From NCBI RefSeq assembly GCF_018001015.1, contig NZ_JAGNIV010000015.1: a stretch of 64,000 nt of DNA. The stretch is one strand, 5' to 3'. This document shows, piece by piece, positions 57,531 through 64,000 of the stretch; position 1 is the first letter of the stretch, and each line of letters opens with the position of its first letter. The notes beneath the pieces were generated by a model. The model ran no database searches, was not told where the DNA came from, and worked only from the letters and a program-made list of their open reading frames with translations. A program made the translations under genes and the position numbers. Origin of the DNA: Phenylobacterium sp. (GTDB lineage Bacteria > Pseudomonadota > Alphaproteobacteria > Caulobacterales > Caulobacteraceae).

Positions 57531-60500
57531 TCAGGCCGGTTCGAGGGCGATCATCGGGGCGCCGGGCGCGATCGGCTGGCGTTCCTGGGCGTAGACCTGG
57601 CGGACGACGCCGGCGCTGGGGCTGGCCACGTCGCATTCGGTCTTCATGGCCTCGATCACCGCGATGATCGCGCCCTTCTCCACCCGGTCACCTACCTCCA
57701 CCAGCATCTTCCAGACGCTGCCCCCCAGGGGGGCCTCGACGAACTCCGAGCCGCCAGGCGCCTCGAAGGCGGCGGCGGGCGCGTCGTCTATGGCTTCGCT
57801 CGACAGCGCCTCGACCCGGGCGAACTCGCCCTTCACCTCCCAGTCGGCGCGCTCGGCCTCGAAGGCCGCCTGGCGGGTCGCCTGGAAGGCCGCGATGGAC
57901 TCGGCGTTGTCGGCCAACATCTTGCGATAGTCGGAGAGCCTGAAGGTCTCCTCGTCGATGCGGATCTCGCGGCGGCCAAGCGGGAAATCGCGGCGCCACT
58001 CGGTGAGCTCCTCGTGGCTCACCGGGAAGAACCGGATCTGGTCGAAGAACCGCAGCAGCCAGGGCTTGCCCTCGGTGAAGGCGTTCGTCTGGCGATAGGT
58101 GTTCCAGACCTGGATGGTGCGCCCGAACAGCTGATAGCCGCCGGGACCCTCCATGCCGTAGATGCACATATAGGCCCCGCCGATGCCGACGACGTTGGGG
58201 GGCGTCCAGGTGCGGGCCGGGTTGTACTTCGTCGTCACCAGCCTGTGGCGGGGATCGACCGGGGTGGCGACTGGGGCGCCCAGATAGACGTCCCCCAGGC
58301 CCATCACCAGGTAGCGGGCGTCGAAGACGATGCGGTGGACGTCATCCTCGCTCTCCAGGCCGTTGATGCGCCGGATGAACTCGATGTTGTCGGGGCACCA
58401 GGGGGCGTCATCGCGCACTGAGGCCATGTACTTGTCGATGGTCTCGTAGATCGCCGGGTCCTTCCAGGACAGCGGCAGGTGGATCACCCGGCTGGGGATC
58501 TCGAAGTCGTCCAGGCCGCCCAGGCTCTCCTCCATGTCGGCGAGGGCCTGCAGCAAGCGGACCTGGGGCAGGACGCGGCTGTCATAGTGGACCTGCAGGG
58601 AGCGGATACCGGGGGTGATGTCGATGACGCCAGGCAGGGCCTGGGCCTGCAGTTCCAGCATCAGGGCGTGGATGCGCAGGCGCAGTTCGAGGTCCAGAAT
58701 GATGGGGCCATATTCGACCAGGAGATGCCGGTCCCCTTGGCGGCGATAGACCACCTGCGGCCGGTGGCCCACAGCCTCGATCGTCGCCAGCACCGGGTTG
58801 GTGATCCCGTCGTCGAACAGGTCGCGGTGCGTCGCCTTGGCGGGCGAGGGCCCTGGCTCCAGGCTCGCCACCAGCCGGTCCTGCTCGGCCTCCGCCAGGG
58901 TGGCGGCGGTGTCGCCCACCACCTCGAAGGTGACCGTATCGCCTGGCGCCAGCTGCCCCACCTTCCACAGGTCGGCCGCGATCACCACGAAGGGACAGAC
59001 GAACCCGCCGAGCGAGGGCCCGTCCGGCCCCAGGATGATCGGCATGTCGCCGGTGAAGTCGACAGCCCCGATCGCGTAGGCGTTATCGTGGATGTTGGAG
59101 GGGTGCAGCCCCGCCTCCCCGCCGTCCCGCCGCGCCCAGTGTGGCTTTGGGCCGATCAGGCGAACCCCGGTGCGGTTGGAATTGTAGTGCACCTTCCACT
59201 CGGCCGAGCGGACCATGGCGATGTCGGCTGGCGTGAAGAAGTCCGGGGCGCCGTGGGGTCCCGCCAGGACGCGGATCGCCCAGGCCTTGCTGAGGCTGGG
59301 GCGCGCCGCCATCGCCAGGGGCTGCGCCACGTCGGCCACCTCGGCGTCCCCCAGGTGCAGCACGTCGCCGGCCGCCAGGGTCCGTCCCGCATGGCCGCCG
59401 AAGCCGCCAAGGGTGAAGCTGGAGCGGCTGCCGAGATAGGCCGGGACATCCAGCCCGCCGCGCACCAGCAGATAGGCCCGCAGCCCCGAACCCTTCACCC
59501 GGGCGATCTTCAGGGTCTGGCCCGCGGCGATGGTGATCGGGGCGTAGGTGGCCACCGGCTCGCCGTCGAGGCTGGCCTCCAGCTCGGCGCCGGTCAGACA
59601 GACCACGGCCTCATGGTTGAAGATCAGGGCGGGGCCAAGGGCGGTGATTTCCAGCCCGGCCGCGCCCTCGGGATTGCCGAGAAGCTTATTGCCCAGCCGA
59701 AACGCGAGCGCGTCCATCGGCCCTGACGGCGGCACGCCGACGTCCCAGTAGCCGAGGCGGCCGGGATAGTCCTGAACCGTGGTGGCTGGTCCGCCGCTCA
59801 GCACACGGATGGTGCGGGGCTGGAACACGATGTCAGCCAGGGACCGCGTCGAGACCTGGCCGCTGACGAAGGCCTCGCTGCGCGCCACCTGCCGAAGCCA
59901 TTCGAGATTGGTCTCCAGGCCGTAGAGGGCGGCGCCGTCCAGCGCCTGTTGCAGGGCGCGGACGGCGCTCGCGCGGTCATCGGCGGTGACGATCAGCTTG
60001 GCCAGCAGCGGGTCGTAGTGGGCGCTGACTTCCGAGCCGTCGGTGATCCAGGTGTCGACCCGGACATCCTGAGGGAAACTGGCCTTGGTGAGCACACCCG
60101 ACGAGGGGCGATAGTCCTGGCCCGGGTCCTCGGCATAGAGCCGCGCCTGAATCGATGCGCCCCTTGCCGTGCCATCGAAGGTGTCGAGGAAACCGTAGTC
60201 CCCGGCCGCCCCGCGGATCATCCATTCCACCAGGTCGACTCCGGTGACCTGCTCGGTGACGCCGTGCTCTACCTGCAGGCGGGTGTTCACCTCCAGGAAG
60301 AAGAAGTCGTCGCGCTCGGAGTCGTAGAGGAACTCCACCGTGCCGGCCGAGCGGTAGTCGGCGGCGGCGCACAGACGTACGGCCGCCGCCATCAAGGCGG
60401 CGCGGGTGGCGGCCGGAAGGTGGGACGCGGGCGTCTCCTCGATGACCTTCTGGTTACGGCGCTGCAGGGAGCAGTCGCGCTCACCCAGGGCCACGACCTT

Positions 60501-61154
60501 GCCGGCGCCGTCGCCGAACACCTGCACCTCGATGTGGCGGGCCTGGCGCACATAGCGCTCCAGGAACACGCCCGCGTCCGAGAAATTGGATCCCGCCAGA
60601 CGCGCCACGGCGGCGAAGGCCTCGGCCACGGCCTCGGGCGTCTCGCAGACCCGCATCCCGATGCCGCCGCCGCCAGCGGTGGCCTTGAGAATCACCGGGA
60701 AGCCGATGCGCACCGCCGCCTCGCGCGCGGCGTCGGCGTCGGTCAGCAGGTCGGTGCCTGGGGCGAGCGGCACCCCCTGGGCCTGAGCCAGGTCGCGGGC
60801 CGTATGCTTCAAGCCGAAGGCCAGGATATTGGCGGGCGTCGGGCCGATGAAAGCGATGCCTGCGGCCTCGCAGCGCTCTGCGAAGATGGTGTTCTCGCTG
60901 AGGAAGCCGTAGCCCGGATGGATGGCCTGGGCGCCCGTGGCCTTGGCGGCGGCCAGGATGGCGTCGATGTCGAGATAGGACTGGGCGGCGGGCGCGGGCC
61001 CGATCCTGACGGCCTCGTCGGCCTGGGAGACGTGCAGGCTGCCCGCGTCGGCGTCGGAGAACACCGCCACCGAGCCGACACCCATGGTCTTCAGGGTTCG
61101 GATGATCCGGCAGGCGATGGCGCCCCGGTTCGCGATCAGGACCTTGTCGAACAC
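57531..61154 (-). CDS. Biotin-dependent urea carboxylase family enzyme (urea or guanidine carboxylase)
   Basis: 1207 aa. Biotin carboxylase N-terminus MFDKVLIANRGAIACRIIRT..., KipA/KipI-like (allophanate hydrolase subunit 1/2) central domains, C-terminal biotinyl motif IEAMKTE. Confidence 0.9.
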   Translation of the reverse strand: MFDKVLIANRGAIACRIIRTLKTMGVGSVAVFSDADAGSLHVSQADEAVRIGPAPAAQSYLDIDAILAAAKATGAQAIHPGYGFLSENTIFAERCEAAGIAFIGPTPANILAFGLKHTARDLAQAQGVPLAPGTDLLTDADAAREAAVRIGFPVILKATAGGGGIGMRVCETPEAVAEAFAAVARLAGSNFSDAGVFLERYVRQARHIEVQVFGDGAGKVVALGERDCSLQRRNQKVIEETPASHLPAATRAALMAAAVRLCAAADYRSAGTVEFLYDSERDDFFFLEVNTRLQVEHGVTEQVTGVDLVEWMIRGAAGDYGFLDTFDGTARGASIQARLYAEDPGQDYRPSSGVLTKASFPQDVRVDTWITDGSEVSAHYDPLLAKLIVTADDRASAVRALQQALDGAALYGLETNLEWLRQVARSEAFVSGQVSTRSLADIVFQPRTIRVLSGGPATTVQDYPGRLGYWDVGVPPSGPMDALAFRLGNKLLGNPEGAAGLEITALGPALIFNHEAVVCLTGAELEASLDGEPVATYAPITIAAGQTLKIARVKGSGLRAYLLVRGGLDVPAYLGSRSSFTLGGFGGHAGRTLAAGDVLHLGDAEVADVAQPLAMAARPSLSKAWAIRVLAGPHGAPDFFTPADIAMVRSAEWKVHYNSNRTGVRLIGPKPHWARRDGGEAGLHPSNIHDNAYAIGAVDFTGDMPIILGPDGPSLGGFVCPFVVIAADLWKVGQLAPGDTVTFEVVGDTAATLAEAEQDRLVASLEPGPSPAKATHRDLFDDGITNPVLATIEAVGHRPQVVYRRQGDRHLLVEYGPIILDLELRLRIHALMLELQAQALPGVIDITPGIRSLQVHYDSRVLPQVRLLQALADMEESLGGLDDFEIPSRVIHLPLSWKDPAIYETIDKYMASVRDDAPWCPDNIEFIRRINGLESEDDVHRIVFDARYLVMGLGDVYLGAPVATPVDPRHRLVTTKYNPARTWTPPNVVGIGGAYMCIYGMEGPGGYQLFGRTIQVWNTYRQTNAFTEGKPWLLRFFDQIRFFPVSHEELTEWRRDFPLGRREIRIDEETFRLSDYRKMLADNAESIAAFQATRQAAFEAERADWEVKGEFARVEALSSEAIDDAPAAAFEAPGGSEFVEAPLGGSVWKMLVEVGDRVEKGAIIAVIEAMKTECDVASPSAGVVRQVYAQERQPIAPGAPMIALEPA

Positions 61155-61159
61155 TGATC

Positions 61160-61789
61160 CTATCCCGCGATGATCATGCGCACGGGCGTCGGATTGAAGC
61201 CGTTGCAGGGATTGTTGATCTGCGGGCAGTTGGAGACGATGGCTACCAGATCCATTTCCGCGCGCAGATCGACATAGAGGCCCGGCGCCGAGATGCCGTC
61301 GACGATGCCCAGGGCCCCGTCAGCCTCAACCGGCACGTTCATGAACCAGTTGATGTTGGAGACCATGTCGCGCTTGCCGCGCCCGTGCTTGGCGTTGGCC
61401 TGCAGGAAGTTCTCGACGCAGGCGTGCTGGCTCTTGGTGTGGTGGCCGTAGCGCAGGGTGTTGCTCTCGCAGGAGCACGCCCCGCCGATGGTGTCGTGAT
61501 ACGCCACCGAGGTGCCCGTGACCGTGGCCATGGCGGCGCCCTCGTTGGAGAGCAGCACCGAGCCCGCGCGCAGGAAGATATTGCCCTGGGCGGCCATGGT
61601 GTCCTGGGCCGAATAGCGCTCGGCGTCGTCGGCCAGCGCATACATCAGAAAATCGACGGCCTGGTTGCCCTCTAGGTCGATGATACGCAGGGTCTGGCCC
61701 TTGCGCACCACCGCGTCCCAGGGCGCGCGGGCGGGAACGATGTCGTCGCGGACGATGGCGCCGGTTAGACCGGCCAGGGAACTGCTCAT
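61160..61789 (-). CDS. Urea-carboxylase-associated protein, DUF1989 family (CgdB-like)
   Basis: RIIDLEGNQAVDFLMY...GGACSCESN...NINWFMNVPV is typical of DUF1989. Paired with a second DUF1989 gene next to the carboxylase. Confidence 0.85.
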   Translation of the reverse strand: MSSSLAGLTGAIVRDDIVPARAPWDAVVRKGQTLRIIDLEGNQAVDFLMYALADDAERYSAQDTMAAQGNIFLRAGSVLLSNEGAAMATVTGTSVAYHDTIGGACSCESNTLRYGHHTKSQHACVENFLQANAKHGRGKRDMVSNINWFMNVPVEADGALGIVDGISAPGLYVDLRAEMDLVAIVSNCPQINNPCNGFNPTPVRMIIAG

Positions 61790-62610
61790 CGGCTGTACTC
61801 GGCCTCGACATTGAGGAAGGCGCGCAGGCCCTCCGGGGTGGCGGTGCGCAGGGGGTCATCGGCCGGCGTCACCGGGCCGCGCCAGGCGCTGACCCGCAGC
61901 GGGGTGACGGTGTAGTCGGACCGGGCGTCCAGCACGTGGGGGCAGTTGGCCAGCACCACGATGACGTCCATCTCCGCGCGGAGGATCAGGCTGCGGCCCG
62001 GGGCGAAGGGGCCGTGCTGCGGCAAGAGCGATCCGTCGTCCTCGACCTTCATGCCCTTGAACCAGTTGAGGCAGGGGTGGATGTCGCGCCGCGCCAGGCC
62101 GAACTTGGCGACACCGAGACTGAACCGGTCCCGCGCATTGGGATGCGGGCCCCAGTTGTCGCCTGTCCCGTACTTCGCCGCATTGGTGGCCTGGTTGGAA
62201 GCGCCGCAGAAGGCGTCATGGGTCCCGGCGCCGTCCTCCAGCACGCTGAACATCACCCGGCCCATGTCCGAGAGCACCAGCTTGCCGGCGCCTAGATAGG
62301 CGTTCCACTGGACCTTCAGGGTGTCGGCCACGTTCAGCCGCTCGATGGGCCGCTCGGCGTTGAAGATCAGCATCGAGGCGCAGGCGTCGCCGGCCAGGTC
62401 GGTCAGTTGTAGACGCGCGCCGCGGTTCAGCCGCTTGGCGCCGTAGCCGCCCGGCGCGATCGTCTCGGCCCAGACCATGTCAGCCGACGAGACCCCGTGG
62501 GGCAGTTCGCTCACCGCGCTGGCGGGCAGGATCGGCATGGCCTCGACCTGCGTCCCGGCCATGGCCCGCGCATGAGCCTGGGCGGCATAGGGGCTGGCGG
62601 TGTCGGTCAT
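61786..62610 (-). CDS. Urea-carboxylase-associated protein, DUF1989 family (CgdA-like)
   Basis: RLQLTDLAGDACASMLIFN...NARDRFSLG...CLNWFKGMKV is typical of DUF1989. 4-nt overlaps on both sides. Confidence 0.85.
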   Translation of the reverse strand: MTDTASPYAAQAHARAMAGTQVEAMPILPASAVSELPHGVSSADMVWAETIAPGGYGAKRLNRGARLQLTDLAGDACASMLIFNAERPIERLNVADTLKVQWNAYLGAGKLVLSDMGRVMFSVLEDGAGTHDAFCGASNQATNAAKYGTGDNWGPHPNARDRFSLGVAKFGLARRDIHPCLNWFKGMKVEDDGSLLPQHGPFAPGRSLILRAEMDVIVVLANCPHVLDARSDYTVTPLRVSAWRGPVTPADDPLRTATPEGLRAFLNVEAEYSR

Positions 62611-63068
62611 ATCGCCTCCTCCGGATCGAACAGAGCATGCAGGGGCGGCAGCAAGGCGGTGGTGGTCACCAGCTTGAGTTGCTGCACGCCGCGGATCTTT
62701 CGCAGCTCGTCGCAGAGGTCGCGCAGGCGCTCCGACGGCCCCTGGACGAGCAGCACTTCCAGGGACTGGTCGTCCTCCAGGAAGACGTGCTGGGAGGAGA
62801 TCACCTCCTCCAGATAGGCCTGCTGGGCCTGGGCCAGGGCCTGGCGGACCCGGCCGCTCTCGGTGCGGTAGATCAGCGTAATAGTGCCGGCCAGGATCAC
62901 GCCGGCCCGCTCCTCGCCATGCTCGGCCAGCTCGTGGCGGATCAGTTCGGCGATCATCTGAGAGCGGCTGGGCAGGCCGCGTTCGGTGACCATGGCGTCG
63001 AGCTGGACCACCAGTTCGGCCGGCATGCTCAGACTCAGTCGCGCCAGGGGAAGGCTCTCGAGGTTCAT
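62607..63068 (-). CDS. NikR-fold (RHH + ACT-like) transcriptional regulator, paralogue 2; first gene of the carboxylase operon
   Basis: LARLSLSMPAELVVQLDAMVTERGLPSRSQMIAELIRHEL...AGTITLIYRTESGRV...VISSQHVFLEDDQSLEVLLVQG...VQQLKLV. Roughly 70 percent identical by eye to the 49887 paralogue. Overlaps the next gene by 4 nt. Confidence 0.8.
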   Translation of the reverse strand: MNLESLPLARLSLSMPAELVVQLDAMVTERGLPSRSQMIAELIRHELAEHGEERAGVILAGTITLIYRTESGRVRQALAQAQQAYLEEVISSQHVFLEDDQSLEVLLVQGPSERLRDLCDELRKIRGVQQLKLVTTTALLPPLHALFDPEEAI

Positions 63069-63085
63069 GCGCCGATGTGCGGCCA

Positions 63086-63113
63086 GTATTACGATCCGAT
63101 CAAATCGTAATAC
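63086..63113. promoter_or_regulatory. Perfect 28-bp palindrome GTATTACGAT-N8-ATCGTAATAC (candidate operator), site 1
   Basis: Read directly. 10+10 bp perfect inverted repeat about 18 bp upstream of the ATG (63068) of the NikR-like gene heading the carboxylase operon. Confidence 0.55.
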
Positions 63114-63193
63114 GAGATAGGCCGTTGGCGCGTCTCCGGCGCCCGTCTCTTAGGCAGCCGCGGGTCTGGGCGCCTATCGTCGTGGCGATGGCC

Positions 63194-63580
63194 TCAGGGA
63201 AGCTCCAGGCTCTCGATATAGGCGGCGATGTCATCGGCCTCGCCGGCGGTCAGACCGAGCTTGGGCATATCGTAGTGGCGGCCCTCGGCGATGGTCTCCA
63301 TGCGCTGCTGGAAACTCAGGGCGGTCATACCGCGCCGCATGTCCCGAAACGGGGTCGAGGGAGACCGGGGGCTCTCGCCGTAGAGCCCCAGGCCATGACA
63401 GCCACCGCAGCGGAGTTCGGCCAGGTCTCGGCCGCGTTCAACCGCCACCTCCGCGGCGGGTCGCTTTGCAGACGAGGTAGACACAGGCGCGCTCGCGCAA
63501 GCCGCGACGACAAGCAGCGGAGCGATGACGCGAATCTTGAGCACCCTGGACACTCCGTCGAGCCCCCGTTTGGCGTCCAT
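63194..63580 (-). CDS. Small c-type cytochrome (lipoprotein-like signal)
   Basis: Haem motif CGGCHG with a distal Met candidate in HYDMPK. N-terminal VIAPLLVVAACAS lipobox-like signal. Start uncertain. Confidence 0.7.
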   Translation of the reverse strand: MDAKRGLDGVSRVLKIRVIAPLLVVAACASAPVSTSSAKRPAAEVAVERGRDLAELRCGGCHGLGLYGESPRSPSTPFRDMRRGMTALSFQQRMETIAEGRHYDMPKLGLTAGEADDIAAYIESLELP

Positions 63581-63747
63581 GGGGACGCTCCGGACTCCGT
63601 TCTCTCGAACGGTCAAACACTTGGACGGAATCCAAGGCGGCGCCTTGACCAAGATCAACGCGCCGATCGCATCTGGACACGATCGAAATATAATGACACT
63701 TTGCATGCCAATAAATAGAGCGATCTGATCGTCGTGGGGGGAAACCG

Positions 63748-64000
63748 ATGAAGAAGCGCATCTGGCTGGGCGCCACCGCCCTCGTGATCGCCGCTGGCGT
63801 CGGCGTCGCCGCGATGAACAAGCCGGCCATCCTGGGCATGGTCGCCCGTGCGAGGCTGCCGCATATCGAACCTAACCGTCCGGTGAGTTGGGCCCAGGGC
63901 CCCGCCGCGCAGGCGCCCGGTGAGGCGCCTCCGAACGTGGTCTTTATCCTCGTCGACGACATGGGCTTCAACGACATCACCTTCAACGGCGGCGGCGTAG
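63748..64000 (+). CDS. Sulfatase family protein (partial, 5' end only)
   Basis: MKKRIWLGATALVIAAGV signal/anchor, then PNVVFILVDDMGFNDITFNGGG, the conserved N-terminal sulfatase block. Runs off the window end. Confidence 0.75.
   Translation, partial: MKKRIWLGATALVIAAGVGVAAMNKPAILGMVARARLPHIEPNRPVSWAQGPAAQAPGEAPPNVVFILVDDMGFNDITFNGGGV

Overview
Very GC-rich alphaproteobacterial chromosome segment (GC judged by eye, not computed). The 12-gene operon mcp-cheX-cheY-cheA-cheW-cheR-cheB-cheY-cheD-cheU-cheY-cheE (37.9-47.4 kb) has the gene order I recall for the major che operon of Caulobacter crescentus, so a Caulobacterales-type genome is likely. Other content: a glycosyltransferase, an MFS transporter, an orphan Flp pilin, a FliK-like/FlhB-C-like pair, several two-component systems, a transglutaminase/TrxB-like pair, a PHB-depolymerase-family esterase, a RelE/XRE toxin-antitoxin pair, a DUF969/DUF979/DUF2891 cluster, a TonB-dependent receptor behind a ~680 bp AT-richer leader, a WYL regulator, a lower-GC islet of unknown membrane proteins, a carboxylesterase, class III ADH, a CpxP-like/OmpR/HK module and two acyl-CoA dehydrogenases. 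The last ~14 kb (49.9-63.1 kb) is a urea/guanidine carboxylase island with two DUF1989 genes, allophanate hydrolase, an ABC importer, a 2OG oxygenase and an MraY paralogue. This island is the most interesting signal. It is bracketed by two paralogous NikR-fold regulators that appear to lack the nickel ligands. A shared TATTACGATC...GTAATA palindrome with NikR-operator-like geometry sits in both promoter regions, and I see no guanidine riboswitch. Other points: the CheR-docking pentapeptide EWEEF of the lead MCP is encoded out of frame; a perfect alphaproteobacterial SOS box lies next to an untracked 36-codon coupled ORF; a palindromic repeat family recurs. No rRNA, tRNA, CRISPR array, transposase or integrase was recognised. 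Many long ORFs in the track are antisense or alternate-frame shadows typical of high-GC DNA and were not called.
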